NCBI GenBank assembly: GCA_022711335.1
Contig: JAKLFF010000002.1
Location: forward strand, 82,988-146,987
Reading direction: 5' to 3'
DNA length: 64,000 bases
Source of the DNA: Patescibacteria group bacterium
GTDB taxonomy: Bacteria; Patescibacteriota; Minisyncoccia; Moranbacterales; UBA2206
The position numbers and the translations under genes are program-made. The notes beneath the pieces were generated by a model, which was not told the origin of the DNA, searched no databases, and saw only the letters and a program-made list of their open reading frames with translations. Shown in pieces: positions 9,380-17,638 of this stretch; positions within the stretch are counted from its first letter, which is position 1, and each line of letters starts with the position of its first letter.

Positions 9380-9403
9380 TATAAAAGCGGCGTAAGATGC
9401 CGC
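9380..9403 (-). terminator. Hairpin terminator separating the tRNA-Glu island from dedA
   Basis: GCGGC-gtaagat-GCCGC at 9387-9403, followed by a T-tract when read on the minus strand. Confidence 0.4.
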
Positions 9404-9414
9404 TTCTCTATTCA

Positions 9415-9485
9415 GTAGCCCTGTTTACAGGATGCCACCCGGAGGGTGGTCAGCCTCTGGCTGAAAAACCGGAAAGTTTTAAAAT
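9415..9485 (-). repeat. Copy W: degenerate tRNA-Glu 3'-half copy carrying the 30-nt insert
   Basis: gtagcc, then an 18-nt T-arm deletion, then cctgtttacaggatg, ccacccggagggtggtcagcctctggctga, aaaaccggaaagttttaaaat. It is a 66-bp perfect direct repeat of 10600-10665. Confidence 0.7.
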
Positions 9486-9671
9486 AGTAGACTACTTGCT
9501 CAATAGTTGGAACTAAGTTATCAAAAAATTGAAAGCGTGGCAAGAATTGAAAATAATTGCAACGGCGGATTTTATTAATTAAACCATATATTTTTCTTTA
9601 AATATAGGGAGTGAATCAAAAAATGTTCTTTGTAGAATTATATCTGCGACGGCCTGTTTGGTATGGAGCAA

Positions 9672-10388
9672 TTAAACTTTAAACTGCCTCTTCCAGTCTC
9701 CGGTGGACTTGTGAATACTTGGGTGGATAGCGCCAACACTCTTTAAGTTTTCAAGTGCTCGATTAATGATATGTCGAGCTCTGCTTTCAGCATCGGAAGC
9801 TTCAAAATCATCCGCTTCGCTGAAAGGCTGATATCCGTACTTTGCGAATATGTTTAGAACTTCACTTTGACGTTTTACAACCCCGACTCTGTCGCTAGGA
9901 TCCTGAAGTTTGCAAAGCCAGTCCAGAACCGAAGCAAAGTTAGTAAAATCCAGATTAGGTAACTGTTGCATCAATTTGTCGTATTCCTGTTGAGCTTTTT
10001 CTATATTTTTTTTGCCCTCGAGAACCCTGCGTTTATTCTCCCGTTTCTTCGTTTCTTTCTGTTTTTTAATTTCAAGAGCTGCGCGCTTCCCTTCAGGCGA
10101 GTTAAGATATCGATCATAACTTTCTTCAACTTTTCTTCTGTAATCATCAATGATATCTTGTGGATTTGATTTCTCATCGGCTGTGAGCATAATTCCATTA
10201 AACTCTTTCTCCACTTTTCCTTTTGTTTTCGCAAGAGCAACCATTCGCTCAGCAAGAATTGTTATATGATTAGCAAGATCTAGTTCATCCATATTCTCTG
10301 GTTTCATTGGTTTCATTCTTTCCATATCTTTTTCACAATAATTATAGCTTATTTTAATTAATTCCCGTTTTTTACTTGAATAAGCCAC
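9672..10388 (-). CDS. Hypothetical coiled-coil protein of 238 aa, the only gene in the repeat-bounded 1.1-kb segment
   Basis: The ORF is K/E-rich and has no recognisable domain. It lies between the direct repeats at 9420-9485 and 10600-10665. Confidence 0.5.
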   Translation of the reverse strand: MAYSSKKRELIKISYNYCEKDMERMKPMKPENMDELDLANHITILAERMVALAKTKGKVEKEFNGIMLTADEKSNPQDIIDDYRRKVEESYDRYLNSPEGKRAALEIKKQKETKKRENKRRVLEGKKNIEKAQQEYDKLMQQLPNLDFTNFASVLDWLCKLQDPSDRVGVVKRQSEVLNIFAKYGYQPFSEADDFEASDAESRARHIINRALENLKSVGAIHPSIHKSTGDWKRQFKV

Positions 10389-10395
10389 TATATGA

Positions 10396-10468
10396 ATTCC
10401 CGCGAAGGCAGGAATCTAGTGTGGTATTTTAGCTTATTTTCTGGATTCCCGGTCAAGCCGGGAATGAC
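10396..10468. repeat. Degenerate copy of the double-hairpin palindromic element seen downstream of trpS
   Basis: attcccgcgaaggcaggaatctag ... ctggattcccggtcaagccgggaatgac, compared with gtcattcccgcgaaagcgggaatcca ... tagattcccgctttcgcgggaatgac at 49559-49635. Confidence 0.55.
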
Positions 10469-10575
10469 AAAATAGGGTTAATGTTAAGTGAGCTCTTATG
10501 TTTATATTTTATCATAAAAAGTTCCAACTGTCCCAAGAGGTACAAAAAACAAGACCTTTGGCCTTATTTTTTCTG

Positions 10576-10665
10576 TGTAGCCCTAAGGGGAATCGAACCC
10601 CTGTTTACAGGATGCCACCCGGAGGGTGGTCAGCCTCTGGCTGAAAAACCGGAAAGTTTTAAAAT
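10576..10665 (-). repeat. Copy Z: tRNA-Glu 3' half carrying the 30-nt insert in the anticodon, preceded by a non-tRNA 17-mer
   Basis: The minus strand reads ATTTTAAAACTTTCCGG, TTTT, [TCAGCCAGAGGCTGACCACCCTCCGGGTGG], CATCCTGTAAACAGGGGTTCGATTCCCCTTAGGGCTACA. It ends immediately before the intact tRNA. Confidence 0.75.
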
Positions 10666-10667
10666 TG

Positions 10668-10739
10668 TAGCCCTAAGGGGAATCGAACCCCTGTTTACAG
10701 GATGAAAACCTGCTGTCCTAACCACTAGACGATAGGGCC
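10668..10739 (-). tRNA. tRNA-Glu (anticodon TTC), intact
   Basis: The reverse complement reads GGCCCTATCGTCTAGTGGTTAGGACAGCAGGTTTTCATCCTGTAAACAGGGGTTCGATTCCCCTTAGGGCTA. It folds as a full cloverleaf with anticodon loop TTTTCAT. Confidence 0.85.
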
Positions 10740-10816
10740 AGTAATTATTCTTCTATATAATAGTATTTTTTAATTTTACTTTTAATGACGTAAACATAAT
10801 TCATAAATTTAAAGTT

Positions 10817-10896
10817 CCTGTTTACAGGATGCCACCCGGAGGGTGGTCAGCCTCTGGCTGAAAAACCTGCTGTCCTAACCACTAGACGATAGGGCC
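10817..10896 (-). pseudogene. Copy X: tRNA-Glu 5' half, the 30-nt insert and the anticodon 3' stem, truncated before the T-arm
   Basis: The minus strand reads GGCCCTATCGTCTAGTGGTTAGGACAGCAGG, TTTT, the same 30-nt insert, CATCCTGTAAACAGG, and then unrelated AT-rich sequence. Confidence 0.75.
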
Positions 10897-10975
10897 GCTT
10901 AACCAAAAGAAAGTGCCCTAAGGCACAATCTGACAGGCTAAATCAAATAGATTCTAACATGGAATTATTGCCTGG

Positions 10976-11665
10976 TCAATCATTATCGCAGCATAAAACG
11001 TTTTGTGCATGAAAAAAACGGCTATTTTGGGGATCTCGGATTCCGACTGCCCTTAGATGCTTCCCCAAAATATCTTCCGCTTTTCCGTCAATACGCGCAC
11101 TGCCATCAAGCTTGAGCTCTACGATTTGCCCATCCTCTTCTTCAATAACTATTTTTTCGAGAGATATGCTTTTTATCCTTCCGTCAATTGCTATTTCCTT
11201 GGGAATTTTACTTATTCCCAATCCTTTAAACATCAACTTATAAATATCTGCTAAAATAAAAACAACCATCAGAAATACGACAACACCAACAAGCGCCAGT
11301 ATGATTAGATTTGGAGACATCCCGGTCTGATAGCACAAATCAAGCTTTTTGGAAAAATAAAGCGTAAGCATCAAAATTCCGATAAAAAGGGCTACTTTTC
11401 CATAAGGGATAGTCAGAAGAAAAACTTTAAGCCCAGGAAAACCGAGAAGCAAAAATTTCATCACCCCTGTCTTTTTTAGGACAAAAAAGAAGATACTCAT
11501 TAGGAAAGCTCCTCCCAAAAGACCAGCAACCATCGCGCATTCCAGTCCCAGTTTCTTAGCTAAAACTGCCGACGGACTGGAAATACAAATCCTCTTTTTC
11601 TTGATTTCATTCATTACTCTGCTTTTCATGTCTATTTGCGATTTCTTAAGTTGTTCTTCTTCCAT
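10976..11665 (-). CDS. Membrane protein immediately downstream of the ECF sigma factor; candidate anti-sigma factor
   Basis: It has a cytoplasmic N-terminal segment of about 45 aa, then several TM helices and a C-terminal soluble domain. It is probably in the same operon as the sigma factor (its start is at 11665 and the sigma gene ends at 11690). The call rests on gene order only. Confidence 0.4.
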   Translation of the reverse strand: MEEEQLKKSQIDMKSRVMNEIKKKRICISSPSAVLAKKLGLECAMVAGLLGGAFLMSIFFFVLKKTGVMKFLLLGFPGLKVFLLTIPYGKVALFIGILMLTLYFSKKLDLCYQTGMSPNLIILALVGVVVFLMVVFILADIYKLMFKGLGISKIPKEIAIDGRIKSISLEKIVIEEEDGQIVELKLDGSARIDGKAEDILGKHLRAVGIRDPQNSRFFHAQNVLCCDND

Positions 11666-11689
11666 TATTTTGCAGATAATTTAAATTTT

Positions 11690-12280
11690 TTATCGCCTTT
11701 TAATTTCTTCCGCAAGCTTCTTTTTGGCGCGGTTGATAAGCGTTCCCACGGTATTAACCGGGCGTCCCAGAATTTCCGCTATCTCCTCGTAGGATTGGTC
11801 CGAATAATATCTAAGCGTCAGGACCTGCTTGTACTTAAAAGGAAGTTTCCCAATTGCTTCATTCACTTCCTTGCTCACTTCTTTCCTTATCCAGGCTTTG
11901 TCGGCCCCTTCTTCTTCGCTTGAAGAATCCAGCTTGTCTTTAGTTGAAACGATTGTTTCCCAAGATATGAATTTTTTGAGAGATTTTCTTTTTATGTAAT
12001 TAACGGATTCATTATGAGCAATCCGATAAATCCAGGAAGAAAATTTCCGGCTGGTATCGTAGCTGTTAAGATTTTTATAGGCTTTCACAAAAACATCCTG
12101 GAGCAAATCCTCAGCTTCTTCCCGATTTCCAATAAGCCGGTATATATAAACGAAAAGCTTTTTTTGATATCGTTCGACGATTTCTGAATACCGCTCCTGG
12201 TTTTTTTTCCTGATTATTTCGACAAGATCGTTGTCGGAAAGTTCCTTGGTTGTTTTTATTTCCTTGTTTTTATCCATCAT
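11690..12280 (-). CDS. ECF-type RNA polymerase sigma factor (sigma-70 regions 2 and 4)
   Basis: Region 2 reads LLQDVFVKAYKNL...SWIYRIAHNESVNYIRK. Region 4 reads LPFKYKQVLTLRYYSDQSYEEIAEILGRPVNTVGTLINRAKKKL. Confidence 0.8.
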   Translation of the reverse strand: MMDKNKEIKTTKELSDNDLVEIIRKKNQERYSEIVERYQKKLFVYIYRLIGNREEAEDLLQDVFVKAYKNLNSYDTSRKFSSWIYRIAHNESVNYIKRKSLKKFISWETIVSTKDKLDSSSEEEGADKAWIRKEVSKEVNEAIGKLPFKYKQVLTLRYYSDQSYEEIAEILGRPVNTVGTLINRAKKKLAEEIKRR

Positions 12281-12437
12281 CTATTACTCCGGATTTGATT
12301 TTAATATTTCATTCCTCTTTTGATTTGCCCGCGCAGTTGCCCGCATCAAATCCGGATATCGCGATTAAACCAGATAAAACTCGCTTTTCGACGCAGGACA
12401 AGCTATAGTGCTATAATAGTAGCATAATTGGAATTTT

Positions 12438-13538
12438 ATGATAATACTGGGCATAGAAACAACTTGTGATGAAACTGCCGCTTCCATAATCAAAGCGGAA
12501 AAGGGCAAAATTGATATTTTATCCAATATCGTTTCCTCCCAAATCGAATTACACGCCAAATGGGGAGGCGTAGTTCCAAATCTTGCAGCCAGAGAACATC
12601 TGAAAAATATCATCCCCGTCCTGAAAGAAGCGTTGGAAAAGTCGAAGAAAACGCCCGGGCAAATCGATCTGATTTCTGTCGCCAATGGACCGGGGCTTAT
12701 TCCCGCTCTTCTTATCGGAGTAAATGCTGCCAAAACATTAAGTTATATTTGGGAAAAACCGCTTATCGGAGTGCATCACATTGAAGGGCACATATACGCC
12801 AATTTCATAAATGAAATTCGTTCAATTCCCAATCCGCAATTGCCAGTTTCCAAGAAATTATTGATTAAATTTCCAGTGTTATGCCTGGTGGTTTCAGGGG
12901 GACATACTCAATTAGTCCTTATAAAAAAACATTTGGATTATCAAATCATCGGAGAAACTTTAGATGATGCGGCAGGAGAAGCTTTTGATAAAGTCGCCAG
13001 AATTTTGGGTCTAAGTTATCCTGGAGGACCAGCCGTAGCTGCTTATGCCAGTGCTTGGACATCGGATGTCCGAAAAGGACATGTGATGTCCATCGACCTG
13101 CCAAGGCCGATGATCAATTCTAAAGATTTTAATTTCTCTTTCTCCGGATTAAAAACTGCCGTGCTTTATGAAACTAAAAAACACCCTGAATTTCTTAAAA
13201 ACAAAAATTACATATCAGGGATATGCCATGAATTCCAGCAATCGGTCTGCGATGTCCTTATTTCAAAAACCATAAAAGCGGCAGCAGAATACAGGCCAAA
13301 AACCATAATGCTGGCTGGCGGAGTAAGCGCTAATCGGGAGCTGAGGAATCAACTCGGCACAACAATTGAAAAAAAACTGGGGAAAACTCTTTATAGGATT
13401 CCGGAAATAAAATATTGCGCTGACAATGCCGCCATGATTGCCGCCGCCGGATTCTACCGCTGGAAAAAAATAGGAAATAGAAAAAAGCTTCATGATAATT
13501 GGAAGACTTTGTCTGCCGATGCTAATTTAAAATTATGA
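12438..13538 (+). CDS. tsaD: tRNA N6-adenosine threonylcarbamoyltransferase TsaD (Kae1/Gcp family)
   Basis: Starts MIILGIETTCDETAASI. It has HxEGH metal-binding (GVHHIEGH) and VSGGVSAN. Confidence 0.9.
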   Translation: MIILGIETTCDETAASIIKAEKGKIDILSNIVSSQIELHAKWGGVVPNLAAREHLKNIIPVLKEALEKSKKTPGQIDLISVANGPGLIPALLIGVNAAKTLSYIWEKPLIGVHHIEGHIYANFINEIRSIPNPQLPVSKKLLIKFPVLCLVVSGGHTQLVLIKKHLDYQIIGETLDDAAGEAFDKVARILGLSYPGGPAVAAYASAWTSDVRKGHVMSIDLPRPMINSKDFNFSFSGLKTAVLYETKKHPEFLKNKNYISGICHEFQQSVCDVLISKTIKAAAEYRPKTIMLAGGVSANRELRNQLGTTIEKKLGKTLYRIPEIKYCADNAAMIAAAGFYRWKKIGNRKKLHDNWKTLSADANLKL

Positions 13539-14107
13539 AAATAATAAATTGTTTTTTTTGGGGAGCAGTAGCTGCATCTTTTGCTCTGGTTATAGAGATT
13601 GCCATTTCAGCGATAGTTCCTGAAAAATATGATGTTCAAACAGTTATTTTTTCAATCAGTTTTTTTTCTGTCATCTTGATATTGGTTGAGGAAATAACTA
13701 AATTCGCGGTCATGTTCAAACTCATCCTGAAAAAAGATCCTAAGGTGTCAATTTTTTTGAAATCTTTTTTCTTCGGGCTGGGGTTCTCTTTTTTCGAAAT
13801 TTTTCTTAATTTGTCAAAATTCGGCTTTAGCTCCATAGAATACTCCCTTCTCTCGTTTCTTTCCGGGATTTTTCTTTTTCATATGCTAACTTCCTGCTAC
13901 ATTGGATATTTTATCGCCATTTCCAGAAATTTTAGAAAGGTTATTTTCGCGCCAATCGTCGCCTTTATGGCTTTTCTGCACCTGGTATACAATCTTGCAA
14001 TTATCCATAATATTTCCTTTTTTATCATATATTCCTTGCTATTTATATTGATAGTTATGCTTTTTGTGCGATATATAGCACTTGATCTTGCTAAATATGA
14101 GAATTGA
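13535..14107 (+). CDS. PrsW-like intramembrane protease-like membrane protein
   Basis: A multi-TM protein with EEITKF (EExxK), LFHML (FxxxH) and HLVYN (HxxxN), arranged as in PrsW/CPBP-type proteases. Confidence 0.45.
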   Translation: MKIINCFFWGAVAASFALVIEIAISAIVPEKYDVQTVIFSISFFSVILILVEEITKFAVMFKLILKKDPKVSIFLKSFFFGLGFSFFEIFLNLSKFGFSSIEYSLLSFLSGIFLFHMLTSCYIGYFIAISRNFRKVIFAPIVAFMAFLHLVYNLAIIHNISFFIIYSLLFILIVMLFVRYIALDLAKYEN

Positions 14108-14129
14108 ATTATAATAGAATTATGATAAG

Positions 14130-14684
14130 TTGTTAAATTTTTTAAATACCATGACCAAAGTAAAAAGATCTTTTTTTGAAAAAATTACCGGTGCTAAGAG
14201 AGTAGACGACAATATCTATGAAAGAGAAGGCGCTATTAATCCCCCCTCCCGCTTCTATGAAGAAGAAAGGAGAGAGGCCTTTATTTCCCCGGAAGTTCCG
14301 CCTGCTGCTCCAATGCCGCCAAGAAATGAAAGCTTTCCGGTCCAGGATGAAAATGAAGGACAGCTGACAATCGATGTTTATCAAACTGAAAATGACATTG
14401 TCATCAAATCCACTATCGCCGGAGTAAAACCGGAAGATTTAGATGTAAGCATAAACAACGATATGATCACTATCCGCGGCGAAAGAAGACAGGATGAGCA
14501 AATCAGTTCCGAAAATTATTATTATCAAGAATGTTATTGGGGAGGATTTTCAAGATCCGTTATCTTGCCAGTTGATGTTCTTCCTGAAAAAATAGAGGCT
14601 TCTATGAAAAACGGCATTCTCACAGTCCGACTCCCGAAAGCTGACACGACAAGAACTAAAAAAATCCAGGTGCGCGGCTTCTGA
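14130..14684 (+). CDS. Small heat-shock protein (Hsp20/alpha-crystallin) with an N-terminal extension
   Basis: Has the alpha-crystallin domain LTIDVYQTENDIVIKSTIAGVKPEDLDVSINNDMITIRGER...GILTVRLPKA. Its start may be the internal Met near 14151. Confidence 0.8.
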   Translation: MLNFLNTMTKVKRSFFEKITGAKRVDDNIYEREGAINPPSRFYEEERREAFISPEVPPAAPMPPRNESFPVQDENEGQLTIDVYQTENDIVIKSTIAGVKPEDLDVSINNDMITIRGERRQDEQISSENYYYQECYWGGFSRSVILPVDVLPEKIEASMKNGILTVRLPKADTTRTKKIQVRGF

Positions 14685-14787
14685 CAATTCTTCCAGATAA
14701 TGAAAAAAGTCGAAAAAGCACGGAATAATTTCTGTGCTTTATTTTCCAATTGTTGATTTCAACTGCATTATATTATATCCTAAGCTT

Positions 14788-16101
14788 ATGGCACTAAGAT
14801 CGACAAAATATTTAATAATATCTGCTTTTTGCTTTTTTTTGGCAAACAGCGCCTGGGGCCAAACCGCGGATTTTTCCGAAAAAATAATTTCCCAGGAAAG
14901 CGCATCTCAAAAAACATCGGTTGATTTAAGATTGAAAGCGGGAGATTACGAATATAAGCTGACCGGTTCTGAAATATCCGCATGGATTCGGGAAGAAACT
15001 GATTTGCTTTTTGCGCCAGATTACCTTTCTGAAATAGAAAATAGCAATTTCTGCGCTTATAAAAAAGAAATTTCCTGCAAAATGACTTTTAGCGAAAAAA
15101 AACAAAATCATATAAAAAAATCTTCGCTGTTTATTTTCGACACAGCTTCAGTTGAAAAATTTGTAGAAAATTTGTCGCAAAAAATCGACAAGGAACCAGA
15201 AGACGCAAAGTTCAAAATAGAAAACGGGAAAGTTTCAGCTTTTTCGCTTAATCAAAAAGGAATAGCTCTTGATAAAGAAAAAAGTCTTGAAATTCTAATT
15301 GATTATCTCGAAAGCAGAGACAAAAAAACTGAAATCGCCCTTCCATACGATTTAATCGACCCGGAAGTATCCATTGATTCTATAGACAGCATGGGAATTG
15401 CCAGTCTTATTGGCGAAGGGCGTTCCAATTTCAAGGGATCGCCTAAAAACAGAGTTTTCAATATTAAAGTTGCTTCCAATCGTTTCGATGGAATTCTGAT
15501 AAAGCCCAAGGAAGAATTTTCTTTCGTAAAAACTCTGGGAGAAGTCGATGGGGAGCACGGCTACCTTCCAGAACTTGTAATAAAAAAGGATAAGACCGAG
15601 CCGGAATTCGGAGGCGGAATCTGCCAGGTTTCCACTACCGCTTTCCGCGCTGCCATAAATTCGGGGCTTGAAATAACTGCCCGAAGAAATCATGCTTATC
15701 CGGTTTCCTACTATAATCCGCAGGGGATGGATGCCACAGTTTATGTCCCCAAGCCCGACTTGAGATTTATAAACAATACTCCGGGATATATTCTGATCCA
15801 AGTTAAAATCGAGGGAACAGAGCTGGTTTTTTATTTCTACGGCGCTGATGACGGAAGAAAAGTGAATATAATTGGCCCAAAAATTACCGAACGAAATTCC
15901 GACGGTTCCATGAAAACAACATTCACCCAGCAAGTTTATAGCAAAGACGGAGATATTGTGAGAGAAGACGTTTTTAAATCCAGTTATGATTCACCATCTA
16001 AATATCCCCATCCAGGATCATCCAATGATATTCTAACTGTAAAGCCCAATGGATGGTCAGATCGAGAATGGAAGGAATATAAAAACAAGCACGGGATCTA
16101 A
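14788..16101 (+). CDS. VanW-family protein, secreted
   Basis: Has a signal-peptide-like start MALRSTKYLIISAFCFFLANSAWG and the VanW core GGGICQVSTTAFRAAINSGLEI. The ORF-track start at 14734 is probably too early. Confidence 0.72.
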   Translation: MALRSTKYLIISAFCFFLANSAWGQTADFSEKIISQESASQKTSVDLRLKAGDYEYKLTGSEISAWIREETDLLFAPDYLSEIENSNFCAYKKEISCKMTFSEKKQNHIKKSSLFIFDTASVEKFVENLSQKIDKEPEDAKFKIENGKVSAFSLNQKGIALDKEKSLEILIDYLESRDKKTEIALPYDLIDPEVSIDSIDSMGIASLIGEGRSNFKGSPKNRVFNIKVASNRFDGILIKPKEEFSFVKTLGEVDGEHGYLPELVIKKDKTEPEFGGGICQVSTTAFRAAINSGLEITARRNHAYPVSYYNPQGMDATVYVPKPDLRFINNTPGYILIQVKIEGTELVFYFYGADDGRKVNIIGPKITERNSDGSMKTTFTQQVYSKDGDIVREDVFKSSYDSPSKYPHPGSSNDILTVKPNGWSDREWKEYKNKHGI

Positions 16102-16190
16102 AAAACGGGCTGTGCGGTTTTTTGGCGTCCCGCATCAGTTTGTTGTTGACCGCAAATTCAATATTTGGTAAGATTTAATTTGTTGTTTTT

Positions 16191-16263
16191 GCGCCGTTAG
16201 CTCAGTCGGTAGAGCAGTTGGCTCTTAACCAAACGGTCGGGGGTTCGAATCCCTCACGGCGCA
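16191..16263 (+). tRNA. tRNA-Lys (anticodon CTT)
   Basis: GCGCCGTTAGCTCAGTCGGTAGAGCAGTTGGCTCTTAACCAAACGGTCGGGGGTTCGAATCCCTCACGGCGCA has anticodon loop CTCTTAA and a layout similar to E. coli tRNA-Lys. Confidence 0.8.
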
Positions 16264-16273
16264 CAAATTAATT

Positions 16274-16345
16274 CTCCCTGTAGTTCAACGGATAGAACAC
16301 CAGCCTTCTAAGCTGGATATGGAGGTTCGATTCCTCCCGGGGAGA
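16274..16345 (+). tRNA. tRNA-Arg (anticodon TCT)
   Basis: CTCCCTGTAGTTCAACGGATAGAACACCAGCCTTCTAAGCTGGATATGGAGGTTCGATTCCTCCCGGGGAGA has anticodon loop CTTCTAA. Confidence 0.78.
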
Positions 16346-16377
16346 CAAAATGAATGATAGAAATAGGATCTCTATAT

Positions 16378-16450
16378 GGCGGTCATCGTCTAGCGGCTAA
16401 GACATCGGTTTGTGGTACCGAGAATCTGGGTTCGATTCCCAGTGACCGCC
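16378..16450 (+). tRNA. tRNA-His (anticodon GTG) with an encoded G-1
   Basis: GGCGGTCATCGTCTAGCGGCTAAGACATCGGTTTGTGGTACCGAGAATCTGGGTTCGATTCCCAGTGACCGCC has anticodon loop TTGTGGT. Confidence 0.82.
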
Positions 16451-16466
16451 CTGTCAGCAAAAAAAT

Positions 16467-16539
16467 GCGCCCTTAGCTCAATGGATAGAGCGTCTGGCTT
16501 CGGACCAGAAGGTTGGGGGTTCGAGTCCCTCAGGGCGCA
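16467..16539 (+). tRNA. tRNA-Arg (anticodon TCG)
   Basis: GCGCCCTTAGCTCAATGGATAGAGCGTCTGGCTTCGGACCAGAAGGTTGGGGGTTCGAGTCCCTCAGGGCGCA has anticodon loop CTTCGGA. Confidence 0.78.
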
Positions 16540-16565
16540 CAATCAATTCTTTTGCTAAATCCAAC

Positions 16566-16907
16566 TTACTCCGGCTTTTTTTCTCCAAGCCTAAAAATAT
16601 CTTCTTCCTTTTCACTTTCTTTTTCAAATTCGGATTTTCTTTTTTCTTGCTGTGAAACGACATTATTAAATCTTTCTTTGTCAAAAAGAACGCCTCTTTC
16701 CTGAGAATTCAAATATTCCTTTTTCGCTTCCTCGCTCCACTCTGAATGATATATATATTTATACCACAAATTTATGCAAAAAAGCGTCATGCAGATAAGA
16801 GAAACAAAAATAATCCAGCGGTTTCCTTCATTCAGCATCCCAAAAAACAGCTCCCTATAATTAACAGAGCGTATTTTTTTAACAATATCTTTTAAATTAA
16901 TTTTCAT
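16566..16907 (-). CDS. Hypothetical small membrane protein at the distal end of the pilus cluster
   Basis: 113 aa with one TM helix and a charged C-terminus. It overlaps the stop of the upstream PilO-like gene, which suggests an operon. Confidence 0.4.
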   Translation of the reverse strand: MKINLKDIVKKIRSVNYRELFFGMLNEGNRWIIFVSLICMTLFCINLWYKYIYHSEWSEEAKKEYLNSQERGVLFDKERFNNVVSQQEKRKSEFEKESEKEEDIFRLGEKKPE

Positions 16908-17599
16908 TTTTTCTTATAAACAATAATTCCAATTTTGCTGGATAAAAAATTTTTTTCTATCTTTTCTTCAACAGACTTTTCATTTGGACGAGGCTGCAAA
17001 ACGGAAAACATGGAAGGGTTTTGGGAAACTGATGGTTTGGGGTTATTTTTAACTTCCGTTTCTTTTTTCAATTCAATAGAAATTATATTTACATAGCTAT
17101 TGAAGTTTTCCAGCTTGCGTACAAAATCAAGCATTTCCTGATAATTCCCCTCCAAACTTATTTCCATAGAAATGTAGGAGTCGTAAGATAAATTTTCCCT
17201 TATTGTCTTTTTCTCGTTCTTTTTTTCGCTCGAACTTTTTTTAGTTTTAACATCGGAGGCCTTTTCCAAATCGTTAATTTTAATAGCCATTTTATTGCCT
17301 GTCGCTTCCGCTATGCCTTCCAGGTCTTCTATAAATTCAACCTCGTCTTCGCTGTCCAGCATTACATCTAATTCATCGCTCTTTGATTGAATTAGCTTGT
17401 CAATTTCCTCCATCTGGGGAATTTTTTCTATTCTTTCTTTGCTAATCTCATTATCAATTTTTTTTCTTTGTATGTTGTCCGCTTTCTCCCTGATCCTTCC
17501 AATAAATGGGCTGACCAGGAAAAACAATGCCAAGAAAACCGCCAGACAATAGCCCGCTGCTATAATAGCTAGTTTGTGATTTTTCCAAATTTCTTTCAT
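16904..17599 (-). CDS. PilO-like pilus assembly protein (bitopic, coiled-coil)
   Basis: Has an N-terminal TM helix and coiled-coil periplasmic region and follows the pilM and pilN homologues. The call is from position and topology, not sequence identity. Confidence 0.45.
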   Translation of the reverse strand: MKEIWKNHKLAIIAAGYCLAVFLALFFLVSPFIGRIREKADNIQRKKIDNEISKERIEKIPQMEEIDKLIQSKSDELDVMLDSEDEVEFIEDLEGIAEATGNKMAIKINDLEKASDVKTKKSSSEKKNEKKTIRENLSYDSYISMEISLEGNYQEMLDFVRKLENFNSYVNIISIELKKETEVKNNPKPSVSQNPSMFSVLQPRPNEKSVEEKIEKNFLSSKIGIIVYKKK

Positions 17600-17638
17600 T
17601 TTTTGGTTTTTTATCGCTGTTTCAAATGTAAAGACTTT

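Noticed and set aside
10817-10896. Copy X plus copy Z as a functional split or intron-containing tRNA-Glu
   Set aside because: X lacks the T-arm and Z lacks the 5' half. They are not contiguous, and an intact tRNA-Glu lies between them. The 30-nt insert interrupts anticodon positions 35/36, not the canonical 37/38 intron site. An integration scar is the more economical reading, but I cannot exclude processing-based models.
12365-12733. 122-aa minus-strand ORF
   Set aside because: Antisense to the well-conserved tsaD N-terminus.
15352-15933. 193-aa minus-strand ORF
   Set aside because: Antisense to the VanW-domain gene.
16478-16704. Small ORFs overlapping tRNA-Arg(TCG)
   Set aside because: They lie inside or antisense to a tRNA gene.
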